This document shows, one piece after another, positions 1 to 10,329 of a DNA stretch of 64,000 bases. Source of the DNA: Thermomicrobiales bacterium (GTDB lineage Bacteria > Chloroflexota > Chloroflexia > Thermomicrobiales > UBA6265); NCBI GenBank assembly GCA_046328335.1, contig JAXLWU010000005.1, forward strand, positions 156,675 through 220,674, given 5' to 3'. Each line of letters opens with the position of its first letter. The first letter of the stretch is position 1. The position numbers and the translations under genes are program-made. The notes under the pieces are model-generated. The model saw only the letters and a program-made list of their open reading frames with translations. It made no database searches and had not been told where the DNA came from.

Positions 1-317
1 GGACGGGTGTCGTATTTCTCCTCGAGCGTCGATTCGATGGTTTGCAGGCGGCGCCAGATGGAGCGGGAAAAGATGAGGTGGCCTTCTTCCTCGTAGAGGG
101 CGAGGAGGTCGTCGGCGCGGTAGGCCGGTGTTCCATCCGGACCCGGTTTGACCAGACCCAGCGCGAGAACGCCGCCGGTCGAGGTGCCGGCGATGAGGTC
201 GAACAGATCGGCGATGGCGGATCCGGTGCGCCGTTCGATCTCCGCCAGCACGAGCGCGGGGATGATGCCGCGGATGCCGCCGCCGTCGATGGCCAGGACC
301 GTGATCGGTGGGGACAT
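1..317 (-). CDS. Patatin-like phospholipase (N-terminal part; gene runs off the left edge)
   Basis: Reverse translation from ATG at 315..317 gives MSPPITVLAIDGGGIRGIIPALVLAEIERRTGSAIADLFDLIAGTSTGGVLALGL... It carries the patatin GGGxRG oxyanion motif and the GxSxG nucleophile motif. It is not in the ORF track because the ORF is open at the window edge. Confidence 0.8.
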   Translation of the reverse strand, partial: MSPPITVLAIDGGGIRGIIPALVLAEIERRTGSAIADLFDLIAGTSTGGVLALGLVKPGPDGTPAYRADDLLALYEEEGHLIFSRSIWRRLQTIESTLEEKYDTR

Positions 318-799
318 GATGGTTTCTCCCGGTGACGAGAGGCTGATGGACGAGGGCATGCGCGGGACGTCCCGAACCCGGCACGGCACCCATCGTAGGT
401 CCGTTCATCACCGTCGCCAACGGTAGAAACTACGCATCCATCATCGTTCCCGCGGCCAGTTCTCGCGCTTCAGGAGGACATCGCTATCGTCGGAGTTTGG
501 GCTGCGTGGGAGGTGAAGAATGCCCAATGGGGATCGAACTGGCGACGCCAGCGCGCCGAATACACCACCACATGACGAGTGTCACGCTGACGGAGAAAGC
601 ATCTCGACGGATTCTCATCAGATCTTCTCAAGACGCGAGATGTTTCGCCCGCGGGCTCAACATGACACATGAATGTGGTGGCAGTCTTGATCGATTGTCG
701 GCAGTGACGTGGTGTACCAAGAGAACATCACATCGACAGGATCCGCGGGCCCGCGGTGACGTTCAATATCGGGACGAAACAATCAGGGCCGGATGGTGG

Positions 800-2673
800 T
801 CAGATGCTCTGGACAGGTTCTCCCTTGAACAGCAGGAGCACGGCATGAGGCGGCAGAACCAGATCGATTGCGCCGTCGGACGCCAACTGGTCTCCAAGTA
901 ATTCACTGTTACGGGATTCTCGTATCCCACCGGAACCGAGGCAAACGTGCCAGGTTCCAGCGGGAAGCGGTAGGGACACGCGCGTCCTGGCGTTTCCAAA
1001 CGCGAGCATGACCGCCGCTTCCTCGCCCTCGCGCCCGGCGTGCCGCAGCAGCACACGCTCGTGGTCCCAGGCCGTGACCGTGTTCGCGGCCTCGGGATCG
1101 CGCAGCACCGGGAGTTCCCGGCGCAGACGGAGGAGATCGCGGTACCAAGCGAAGAGCGGCGCGTGGGCATCGTCTCGATACCGCTCCAGGGCGAGGATCG
1201 AGCGGGTCAACGTCTCCGGCGCGGCGGGGTCGGGCGCGGCATCGTCCCAATTAAAACCGCCGAACGCCTCGCGACGCCCCTTGCGGACGGCCTCGATCAG
1301 GTCGGGATCGCCATGATCGACGACGAAGAGGAACGGGTTCGTCTCCCCATACTCTTCCCCCATGAACAGGAGCGGCACAAAGGGGGAAAGGATCACCGCG
1401 GCCGCGGCCAGTTTCTGCTGCTCCGGCGAGATGCGGTGTCCGAGGCGCTCGCCGCCGGGGCGGTTGCCGACCTGATCGTGGTTCTGGTTGAAGACGATGA
1501 ACTGGCTGCGCCGCGCGGGCGACGGGGAGCGTCCGAAGCGGCGCTGGCGGCGGGTGGCGTACTCCCCGGTGTAGACGAAGGCCTGCCGCATCGCTTTGGC
1601 CATGTGCGCGAAGTCGCCGAAGTCGGCGGCATAGGCGCTTTCCTCGCCGATGAGTTGCGCTTCGAGCGCGTGGCAGAAATCATCGGCCCACTGGGCATCG
1701 AGGGCGTAGCCGCCGATATCGCGCGGGAGGATGAGTTTGGGATCGTTGAGATCGCTCTCGGCGACGAAATGCACCGTGCGCCCCAGGTGCGCCGCGCGGG
1801 AATGTACCGCCGCGGCCAGTTCCGCCAGAAAGGGCTGCGCTCGGGGATCGTAGATCTCGTGCACGGCGTCGAGGCGAAAACCGTCGATGCGGTACTCCTC
1901 CAGCCACATCAGGGCGTTGTCGATGAAGAAGGCGCGGACCTCGTCGCTGTGGGGACCATCGAAGTTGATGGCGTCGCCCCAGGGGGTGCGGTAATGGCTC
2001 GTCTGATAGGGACCGAAACGGTGGAAGACGCTCCCCTCCGGGCCGAAGTGGTTGTAGACCACATCGAGGATGACCGTCAGACCGGCGGCATGGCTGGCGT
2101 CGACCAGACGGCGCAGCCCGTTCGGACCACCGTAGGAGTGCTGCGCGGCGTAGGGGAAGACGCCGTCGTATCCCCAGTTGCGCGCGCCAGGGAACTGCGC
2201 GATCGGCATGATCTCGATGGTTGTGACCCCGAGATCACGCAGATAGGGCAGATGGGGAATGACCGCTTCGAACGTGCCCTCCGGAGTGAAGGAACCGACG
2301 TGCAACTCGTAAATGACGGCATCGCGCAGCAAGGGAACATGCCAGTCATCGACCGCCGAGCGAAGTCGCAAGGATCGACCACCGCCGACGGGCCGTGCAC
2401 GCCTTCCGGTTGCGAGCGCGAGGCGGGATCGGCCAGCAGATCGCCATCATCCAGCCGAAGGTGATAGCGCGTTCCCGCTTTCGCGCCTGGCAGATACCCG
2501 GAGTAGTACCCGCGATGCTCCGCCGCGAGCGCCGCTTCCTGGTGCGAGCCGGCATCCTCGGTGTAGACGACGGTGACCGCGTCGGCATTGGGCGCCCAGA
2601 CCCGTGCCTGTACGCCGTCGGCCAGGACCTCGACCCCGACCGCTCGTCTTCGTGCTCCGGTTCGCTCCGACAT
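800..2673 (-). pseudogene. treZ: Malto-oligosyltrehalose trehalohydrolase (GH13), interrupted by a 1-nt frameshift
   Basis: ORF 800..2371 holds the GH13 core (YELHVGSFT, DVVYNHFGPEG, GFRLDAVH). ORF 2077..2673 holds the N-terminal domain (VWAPNADAVTVVY...SRSQPEGVHGPSAVVDP) in another frame. The span is 1874 nt, not a multiple of 3. The junction lies near 2345..2372. Confidence 0.8.
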
Positions 2674-2765
2674 GGTCCGTGATCCTCATCGCGATACACG
2701 AGCGGCCCGGCAGCCGTTGTCGGTGCCGGCTGCCGGGCAAAACGGACGTGTGCTGACGAGGAGTG

Positions 2766-3280
2766 TTACGAACGGGCGCGCCCGTTGGCAGTCTCCTGCT
2801 GGGCGGTGATCTGCTTCCCGGCCTCCTTGGCAAAGCCCTCGACCCGCTTGGCCATCGCCTTTTCCTGGTCGAGGTTCTCCTGGAGGAGTTTGGCGGCGTC
2901 CCGCTCGCCGAGGTCCTTCGCCATCTGGATCAGGCCGGTGTACATCACCATCTCGTAGTGCTCGGTCTTGGCGGCGCCGGTCGGGTTTGCCATCTCCAGC
3001 ACCTCCGGCGAGGGCGATTCCTCGTGGAGGGCCTTGTGCTCGTCCAGCCAGACCCTTGATGCCGAAGCAGGTCGTCGCTTCCGGCTTCTCGCCGATCTGC
3101 TTGAAGACCGCTTCCAGGTTCTTCACCTGCTGCCAGGTCTCCTGCTCGTGCTCCTTCAGCGCCTGCTTGACCTCCGACATCTGGGTTTCCCGCTGCAACT
3201 CCGGCAGCATCTTCAGGATCTGCTGTTCCGCGCTCATGGCGTCGGAGAGTTCATGAATGAACAGATCGCGGTGTGGTCAT
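2766..3280 (-). pseudogene. DUF892 / YciE-like ferritin-like protein, at least two frame disruptions
   Basis: Three pieces lie in three frames: MTTP (ATG at 3280); RDLFIHELSDAMSAEQQILKMLPELQ...EATTCFGIKGL; then a switch near 3040..3050 to LDEHKALHEESPSPEVLEMANPTGAAKTEHYEMVMYTGLIQMAKDLG. The span is 515 nt, not a multiple of 3. Confidence 0.7.
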
Positions 3281-3463
3281 TGGCACGAGAAACAACTCCT
3301 TGTTCGGGGCGAATCATGGCGTGACGGTCCTGCTGCCGTCGGGACCAGAAATGCATGCCCCATGCCAGAAGGTTGATCATCGATCGGTCTGTGCGAGGAC
3401 GATGGTCTATCCTGCGCGGGAAGACCCAGCAGTCGTCAGCGTGAGACGCATGGAGGTAACCGC

Positions 3464-4948
3464 GTGAGCGGGATACGTTGGGATGATCGCGCCGGCAGGC
3501 CGGGAGTAACCTGGTCGCGCCGGCAGGTGTTGCAGGGCACGCTCGGTGGCGCGGCGCTGCTCGGGGGGGCAGTACGCGGGCAAGCCGCTCAGGCGCAGTT
3601 GGCGACGCCGGTGGCGAGTGTCCCGCCGCGGGACGACGGGACGCCCGGCCCTGTCGCGCCCGCTGAGGCCCCGATCGATCACATCATGGTCATCTTTCTC
3701 GAGAACCGCTCCTTCGATCATCTCTACGGTGGATTCCCGGGAGCGAACGGGTTGCAGAGCCCTGGCGCGCTGATTCCGCAGACCGATCGCGATGGGCGGC
3801 CCTATACGGTCTTGCCGCCAGTGCTCGATGCCAGCAAGAACCCGCCGGTCCCCGACCCCCGCTTTCCCCCGGACCTGCCCAATCAGCCGTTCCCGATCGC
3901 GCCCTATATGGCGCTGGATGTGAGCGATGCCAACCCCGGTCACCGCTACTACAACCACATTCTCCAGATCAACGGCGGCCGTCTCGATCGCTACGTCGCC
4001 TGGTCCGATTCCGGGGGGCTGGCGATGGGCTATCACGACACCAGCAAGCTGCCGCTCTATCCCTATGCGCGGGAATTCACCCTGCTCGATCACTGCTTCA
4101 CCGGCGCGCTGGGCGGGAGCATGCTCAATCATATCTGGCTGATCAGTGCCGCCACCCCGGTCTGGCCGGGCGCGCCCGCCGAGCGCATCGCCGTTCCCGT
4201 CTACGACGAGTTTGGCCGCCTGATCGGACTCGAAAAGGACGGAGACGTCACGCCCGATGGCTACTGCGTCAATAACGCCCAGCCGTTCTTTCCTCCCTAT
4301 CTGGCGGATACGCCGGTCGCCGAGCGCCTGCCGCCGCAAGTCATGGCGACCATCGGCGACCGGCTGAGCGATGCCGGGGTCTCCTGGGGCTGGTTCGGCG
4401 GAGGGTGGGATGACGCCGTCGCCGGCAATCCTCCGCCGACCTTTCAATTTCATCACCACCCGTTCGTCTTCTTTGCCCGCTACGCTGAGGGGATGCCGGG
4501 ACGCGAGCATCTGCGGGACGAAACGGAGTTCGCCGACGCTGTCGCGCGGGGGACGCTGCCCGCGGTGTCGTTCGTCAAGCCACTCGGCAAGTTCACCGAG
4601 CACGCGGGTTACGCCTCGGTCGCGGCGAGCGAGCAGCACGCGGTCGAACTGATCGAGGCGGTGATGGCCTCATCGCTGTGGGAGCGATCGGCCATCATCC
4701 TGACCTACGACGACTTCGGCGGCTGGTTCGATCACGTGGCCCCGCCCCGGATCGATCGGTGGGGTCCGGGCGGCCGTGTGCCCACCATCGTCGTCTCGCC
4801 CTACGCGCGCAAGGGGCATATCGATGCCACGCCTTACGACCACACCTCGATCCTGGCGTTCATCTCCTGGCGCTTCGGTCTGCCGCCGTTGACCAACCGC
4901 GATGCGAACGCCTACAACCTGCTGGCGGCGTTCGATTTCCCGCGATAA
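3464..4948 (+). CDS. Phosphoesterase family protein (phospholipase C / acid phosphatase AcpA-like) with twin-arginine signal
   Basis: 494-aa intact ORF with a Tat-like N-terminus (SRRQVLQGTLGGAALLGG). IDHIMVIFLENRSFDHLYGGFPGANG is typical of the phosphoesterase family. Confidence 0.85.
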   Translation: MSGIRWDDRAGRPGVTWSRRQVLQGTLGGAALLGGAVRGQAAQAQLATPVASVPPRDDGTPGPVAPAEAPIDHIMVIFLENRSFDHLYGGFPGANGLQSPGALIPQTDRDGRPYTVLPPVLDASKNPPVPDPRFPPDLPNQPFPIAPYMALDVSDANPGHRYYNHILQINGGRLDRYVAWSDSGGLAMGYHDTSKLPLYPYAREFTLLDHCFTGALGGSMLNHIWLISAATPVWPGAPAERIAVPVYDEFGRLIGLEKDGDVTPDGYCVNNAQPFFPPYLADTPVAERLPPQVMATIGDRLSDAGVSWGWFGGGWDDAVAGNPPPTFQFHHHPFVFFARYAEGMPGREHLRDETEFADAVARGTLPAVSFVKPLGKFTEHAGYASVAASEQHAVELIEAVMASSLWERSAIILTYDDFGGWFDHVAPPRIDRWGPGGRVPTIVVSPYARKGHIDATPYDHTSILAFISWRFGLPPLTNRDANAYNLLAAFDFPR

Positions 4949-5139
4949 GCGGTACTCCGGAGCATGCGCGCGGTGGTCGATCGATCCATCTCTCCTTCCT
5001 CCCCGCTCCCGGCGCCGATCGGAGGCTATGATCTGCCGACGCCAATACGGTCTCGCCTGAGACGCCGCTGGCGGATGGAAAGTTGCCGGATGCCGATCAC
5101 CGCCGCATCGCGACCGCGGCAACAGGAGCGGAGTCACGG

Positions 5140-5694
5140 ATGAAGGACTTTCTCCCAGCCAGCCGGTATCTGGTCATTCTGGCTGTCGCCGGCTGCTTCG
5201 TCGCCGCCGCCGCGCTCTTCGGGTACGGCCTGATCGCGGTAATCAGAATCGTGGTCCAGACCATCGCCGCCGATCTCGCGGGGGTAAGCCGTGCCAATCG
5301 CGATGTCGTCTCCGGTGCGGAGCATCTGGCCGTCGATCTGATCCAGATGACTGACGTCTTTCTCCTGGGCACCGTGATCTATCTGGTCGGGCTCGGACTC
5401 CACCTCCTTTTCATCAACCCGCGGTTGCCCGCGCGGCCATGGACCGCGGTGGAGGATCTCGAAGGCCTGAAAGAGATGCTGGTGCGGGTGATCATCCTCC
5501 TCGTCGGCGTCACCTTTCTCGGCGCCTTTGTCGAGCACGCCGACAACACCCCGGTCAGGGATTTGAGCATCTCCGCGGCGGTGGTGGTCTTCGCCTTTTC
5601 GCTGGTCGTCCTCGTCGACAAACTGCCGAACTGGTCGCGCGGAAAAGGCGCCGAGGCAACGGCAGCGCATACGGAGACCCTGGAGCGGGAGTAG
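5140..5694 (+). CDS. YqhA/UPF0114-like integral membrane protein
   Basis: ATG at 5140 follows GGAG. Translation MKDFLPASRYLVILAVAGCFVAAAALFGYGLIAVIRIV... has several hydrophobic helices. The family assignment rests on overall resemblance only. Confidence 0.6.
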   Translation: MKDFLPASRYLVILAVAGCFVAAAALFGYGLIAVIRIVVQTIAADLAGVSRANRDVVSGAEHLAVDLIQMTDVFLLGTVIYLVGLGLHLLFINPRLPARPWTAVEDLEGLKEMLVRVIILLVGVTFLGAFVEHADNTPVRDLSISAAVVVFAFSLVVLVDKLPNWSRGKGAEATAAHTETLERE

Positions 5695-5761
5695 GCAATC
5701 ACCCTTGCCGGCGTACCGCAAGGGAGGATCATTCAGCACCATCGCGAGGGCGTGACACCAC

Positions 5762-5786
5762 GGGGCCCGGCATCATGCCGGGCCCC
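5762..5786. terminator. GC-rich hairpin between convergent genes
   Basis: GGGGCCCGGCA-TCA-TGCCGGGCCCC is a perfect 11-bp stem between the 3' ends of 5140..5694 (+) and 5811..6347 (-). There is no strong T-run. Confidence 0.4.
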
Positions 5787-5810
5787 TCGCCGCTATTGGT
5801 TGGCTGTGGA

Positions 5811-6347
<537 letters not shown>

Positions 6348-6710
6348 CGTGGTCTCCTCTCGCCTGGTGTCTGTCATCCCTGGCCGGAGGTCCCGGCTCC
6401 ATGGACGCAGCATGCGGCAGAGGAGCGGCCGCGACCGGCGCGGGGGACACCGCGTGGGTGTGTTCTCTGACACAGGGGAGGCGGCCGAGCAGAGCGACGA
6501 TCCGTCGCCAATGCGAGTCCTCGAACACGCGGGGAACAGGGCTCGGGTGATCTGTTCTCTGCGTGCCGGCTGCTAGCGTGCTGTCATGGAAGGCCTGGCT
6601 GGGCTGGACTTACACCGGGCACGAGTCAGTGACAACGAGGGTGCCAACAGCGCCGAGTCCAACACCATCGCACCCGTTTGTTCAAGCGTAATCCTCGTTC
6701 AGGAGTCGGA

Positions 6711-7733
6711 GTGTCAGAGAAGACCATCATCGCTAAGTCGAGCAGTGGACCGAACTTGACACATCAGGGTATACTCGCGTCCTTAGGACGCGAGTATACC
6801 CTGAGCGAGAGATTACCTATATCCCAGAAGACGGCTGCTACTGCACTTCTTGAACAACTCGCCGACCAACATCGCCGTGTCGTGTCCGAGTGGCGCGCCC
6901 TCATCATCCTCCGCAAGGCGACGTTTGAACTCGCGCCATCCCAACGGCGCTGGTCACACCTCCCCCAGGAACCGGGCGACCTCTATCCGCTTTTTCGGCA
7001 AATGCGCCAGCGCGGCGAACTCAAGCCGATCCGCGGCCTCCGTCATTTCTACCAAGTGACCGTCCCCTTTGCGCGGACCGAGCCGCTTGAAGAGGAAGAG
7101 GTCCTGCTGGAAGCCCATCCCTACGCGGCGCTGAGCCACCTTTCGGCGCTTGTCTTCCATGGCCTGACCGACGACCTGCCCAAGGGACTCACCGCCACGG
7201 TCCCGCTCGATGGGACAGGAGACCAACTTCCGCTCGATACCCAGCCGCAGGATTGGGAGGGCGTGCCGCTTGTCCGCGGCCGTATGCCCGAGCGCATTCT
7301 TGGTCGTCCCGTCTCCTGGCATCAGGTCAAGCCGGAGCGATTCTTCGGCGTGAGGGTCTATCAGCCGCGTGGATATCCGGTGCGAGTGACGACACTCGAG
7401 CGGACATTGCTGGATGGTTTGCAGGAGCCTGAACTTTCGGGTGGGGTGGAGAATGTGCTTCGTGCGTGGGCGCTCGCCCGCGACACCCTGGATCTTGATG
7501 TCCTCGCGCACTACGTCGACCGCTTCGCCATCGCGCTTCTCGGCCAGCGCGTGGGATTTATCCTGGAAGAACTCGGTTTGTTTCACCCCCGGCTCGAGGC
7601 GTGGCGGGACAATGCTCATCGTGGTGGATCGAGCAAGTTGGTGGCATCGGCCCCGTACTCTCCAGACTATAGTGAGCGATGGAATCTCTCATTGAACGTG
7701 CCGATTACCGCGCTGCATGACCAGAGTCAGTGA
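6711..7733 (+). CDS. abiEi: AbiEi-family antitoxin / transcriptional regulator (type IV TA); start uncertain
   Basis: The C-terminal part (TLERTLLDGLQEPELSGGVENVLRAW...YVDRFAIALLGQRVGFILEELG) looks like an AbiEi antitoxin domain. The stop overlaps the AbiEii start in GTGA. GTG at 6711 follows AGGAG, but a 39-nt palindrome inside the 5' end suggests a later start. Confidence 0.7.
   Translation: MSEKTIIAKSSSGPNLTHQGILASLGREYTLSERLPISQKTAATALLEQLADQHRRVVSEWRALIILRKATFELAPSQRRWSHLPQEPGDLYPLFRQMRQRGELKPIRGLRHFYQVTVPFARTEPLEEEEVLLEAHPYAALSHLSALVFHGLTDDLPKGLTATVPLDGTGDQLPLDTQPQDWEGVPLVRGRMPERILGRPVSWHQVKPERFFGVRVYQPRGYPVRVTTLERTLLDGLQEPELSGGVENVLRAWALARDTLDLDVLAHYVDRFAIALLGQRVGFILEELGLFHPRLEAWRDNAHRGGSSKLVASAPYSPDYSERWNLSLNVPITALHDQSQ
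6765..6803. promoter_or_regulatory. Perfect 39-nt palindrome, candidate AbiEi operator
   Basis: CAGGGTATACTCGCGTCC-TTA-GGACGCGAGTATACCCTG has 18-nt perfect arms. It lies in an AT-richer stretch at the 5' end of the abiE module, just after a TTGACA hexamer at 6756. Confidence 0.5.
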
Positions 7734-8605
7734 CGCCGACGTATCCCACCTCGTTTGACGCGATCGGCCCGTGGGCCACAATGGCTGGCTTGGCAATCGA
7801 CGAGGCACGGGTTCGGTTTGCGCAGTACGCGGTGCTGCTTGCCATCTCCCGTGTGCGGCCGCTTCGTGAAGGGCTCGTCTTCAAAGGCGGCAATGCGCTC
7901 GACTTTGTCTGGCAGCCGAACCGTAGCACCATTGACCTTGACTTTTCGGTTGACCACGCGAGCAGTCTCGCGATGCCCGACGCGGGCACAATCGACACCC
8001 TGCTCAAACGAGGCCTTCCTGGGGCGATGACCCGCCTGGGCGTTGCATTGGTCGTTCATCGAGTACGGCAGAACCCACCGGGCACGGACAGGAACTTCGT
8101 CACCTTTGAAGTCAAGGTTGGGTACGCCCTTCCCGATGAATCGCGTCTTCTGCGACGTATTGAACACGGCGAATCGAGTCCGCGCGTGATCAAGGTCGAC
8201 ATCAGTGTCAATGAACCAATTGGCGAGGCGACCCTGTTTGCACTGGGTCCGGATGTCCATGTTCGCGTGGCGACACTCGAAGATATTCTTGCCGAGAAAT
8301 TGCGGGCTCTATTGCAACAACCCATTCGGAACCGTCAGCGTCGACAGGACTTGCTCGATATCGCTGTGGTCCTTAGGCAGAACTCCCCGCTTGATCGCAT
8401 CCGTATCTCAAGATTCTTGCAGGAAAAGGCAGCCGCACGCGACGTTCTTGTCACGCGCTCGGCGTTCCACCACCCCGACGTTGTTGAACGAGCCATGGCC
8501 GACTATGCCGAACTGGAAGCGACGACGCGGGTGCTCTTTGTCCCATTCGAAGAAGCCCTCAGACTCCTGCACGAGTTCGTCGGTACGTTGCATATCCCGG
8601 AATGA
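7730..8605 (+). CDS. abiEii: AbiEii/AbiGii-family nucleotidyltransferase toxin (type IV TA)
   Basis: 291-aa ORF with LVFKGGNALDFVW...STIDLDFS, the nucleotidyltransferase-like N-terminus typical of DUF1814/AbiEii. It has a 4-nt overlap with the upstream gene. Confidence 0.85.
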   Translation: MTPTYPTSFDAIGPWATMAGLAIDEARVRFAQYAVLLAISRVRPLREGLVFKGGNALDFVWQPNRSTIDLDFSVDHASSLAMPDAGTIDTLLKRGLPGAMTRLGVALVVHRVRQNPPGTDRNFVTFEVKVGYALPDESRLLRRIEHGESSPRVIKVDISVNEPIGEATLFALGPDVHVRVATLEDILAEKLRALLQQPIRNRQRRQDLLDIAVVLRQNSPLDRIRISRFLQEKAAARDVLVTRSAFHHPDVVERAMADYAELEATTRVLFVPFEEALRLLHEFVGTLHIPE

Positions 8606-8767
8606 TGCAGCGCACGGATCGCGCCGGGCGTCAGGGCGCCGTGACTACCGGCGTGGGCATCCGATAGACACTTGCGTCCAATGGCAGGCCGTGTCAGCAT
8701 CGGGGCGAGCGGCAGGAGCGTTCTGATGGCGGCGTCGGGTTTGCCGCGAATTGGGGGGAAGGGTCTC

Positions 8768-10255
8768 ATGGATCACGACCGGTTCGATCGTCTCGTGCGC
8801 GGATTGACGGCCACCGCCTCACGGCGCGGCATCCTTGGCGGTTTGCTGGCAGGACTGATCGCCGGGACGCCCATCGCCGATGGCGTTGCCGCTGCCGGAC
8901 GAGACAACCGGCGGCGCGAGAACAAGCGCGGCCGGAACGACCAGCGAGGAAAGACGCGCGCCAGGGCCGAGGCGCTTCCCTCCGGCTGCTGCAGCAGTGG
9001 CAACTGCACCCCTGGCGCGGGGAAGAATCTCTCCCGCTGCTGCTACGAAAACGGCAAACTGTCACGCGCCGTCTTTCGTAGCGCCAATCTCAGCGACGCC
9101 AATTTCCACGGCGCGACGCTGACCCAGGCCGATCTCCGCTCCGCCAATCTCGGCAACGCCTGTCTGGTCGACGCCGATCTCACCGGCGCCAACCTGGGCG
9201 GGGCGCAACTGGGTACCGCGATCCGCTGCCGCACCCGCATGGCGAACGGAGCGATCGACAATTCCGGCTGCGGCAAGGCGACCCGCTGCTGCCAGACCTG
9301 CGTGCCGCTCGGCGATCAGGGGTGCGCCATCGGCGGCTCGTGCTGCGCCAACGGCACCTGCGCCGAAAACCGCTGCGTCTGCACCTGTCCCGATGTCGCC
9401 TGCTTCATCCGCAAGTGGGGAAGCCTCGGCACCAATCCCGGCGAGTTCCGCGGCCCGCTCGGCATCGCCCGGCGCGCCGATGGCGCCCTCTACGTCGTCG
9501 ATCAGGGGAACAACCGCATCCAGGTCTTCGCCGCGGACGGCTCCTTCCTCAGCCAGTGGGGCAGCAGTGGCACCGGCAACGGGCAGTTCACCTTCCCCAC
9601 CGGCGTGGCGATCGCCCCCAACGGCAACGTCTACGTCACCGACAGCGACAACCAGCGCGTGCAGTACTTCGATGCGCGTGGCAACTTCCTCGGCAAGTGG
9701 GGACGCCTCGGAATCGGCAATGGCGAGTTCCAGTATCCGGAAGGGATCGCCATCGCCAAAGACGGCACCGTCTACGTGTCGGATGTCTTCACCGACAGCG
9801 TCCAGTTCTTCACGCCGGACGGGACGTTCATCAACCGCTGGGGCATCCCTGGCAACGAGCCGGGGCAATTCGACCGCCCGGATGGCATCGCGATCGGGCC
9901 GGATGGGCGAGTCTACGTGGTCGATAACGAGAATCACCGCGTCCAGTATTTCGACGCCACCGGCGATTGGCTCGGATTGTGGGGCACTCGCGGCACCGGT
10001 CCCGGTCAGTTCGAGCGGCCACGCAACGTCGAAATCGTGGATGGTCGGGTCTACGTCACCGATACCAACAACCAGCGGGTGCAGATCTTCACCCTGAATG
10101 GCGGATTCCTCGGGATGTGGGGCGAGTCCGGCAGCGGCAACGGCCAGTTCGAGTTCCCCGTGGGGATCGCCGTCGGTCCCGATCAGATTGCCTACGTGAC
10201 CGATCCCGGCCGGGAGCGGGTGCAGGCGTTCTGCGTCAATCCGCCGCAGGGATAG
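8768..10255 (+). CDS. Secreted multidomain protein, paralog P2 (Tat signal, basic linker, Cys-rich segments, pentapeptide repeats, six NHL repeats)
   Basis: N-terminus MDHDRFDRLVRGLTATASRRGILGGLLAGL, then RDNRRRENKRGRNDQRGKTRARAE. Pentapeptide run: ANLSDANFHGATLTQADLRSANLGNACLVDADLTGANLGGAQL. Six NHL blades of the type GNGQFxFPxGIA...VYVTDxxNxRVQxF. Confidence 0.85.
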   Translation: MDHDRFDRLVRGLTATASRRGILGGLLAGLIAGTPIADGVAAAGRDNRRRENKRGRNDQRGKTRARAEALPSGCCSSGNCTPGAGKNLSRCCYENGKLSRAVFRSANLSDANFHGATLTQADLRSANLGNACLVDADLTGANLGGAQLGTAIRCRTRMANGAIDNSGCGKATRCCQTCVPLGDQGCAIGGSCCANGTCAENRCVCTCPDVACFIRKWGSLGTNPGEFRGPLGIARRADGALYVVDQGNNRIQVFAADGSFLSQWGSSGTGNGQFTFPTGVAIAPNGNVYVTDSDNQRVQYFDARGNFLGKWGRLGIGNGEFQYPEGIAIAKDGTVYVSDVFTDSVQFFTPDGTFINRWGIPGNEPGQFDRPDGIAIGPDGRVYVVDNENHRVQYFDATGDWLGLWGTRGTGPGQFERPRNVEIVDGRVYVTDTNNQRVQIFTLNGGFLGMWGESGSGNGQFEFPVGIAVGPDQIAYVTDPGRERVQAFCVNPPQG

Positions 10256-10329
10256 CGTATCCCTCGGCTTCGCGGTCAGCCCTTCGTCCATCATCCAGCA
10301 AGAGGAGGCATGATGGTCTCGCCGCGCTG

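Noticed and set aside
515-560. tRNA-like T-loop motif (minus strand ...CAGTTCGATCCCCATTGGGCA...), and a similar GGTGCGAATCCCATT at about 33205..33225.
   Set aside because: I could not fold either into a cloverleaf. The flanking 5-mers are not complementary, and there is no acceptor stem or anticodon arm. At most they could be integration scars, which I cannot support.
1040-2464. 474-aa ORF on the + strand opposite treZ.
   Set aside because: This is a shadow ORF typical of high-GC DNA. It has an R/G/A/V-rich composition and no recognisable motifs, and it is fully antisense to a well-supported GH13 gene. The same reasoning applies to 3407..4639(-), 9062..10294(-), 18714..19439(+), 21033..22625(-) and 39907..40512(+).
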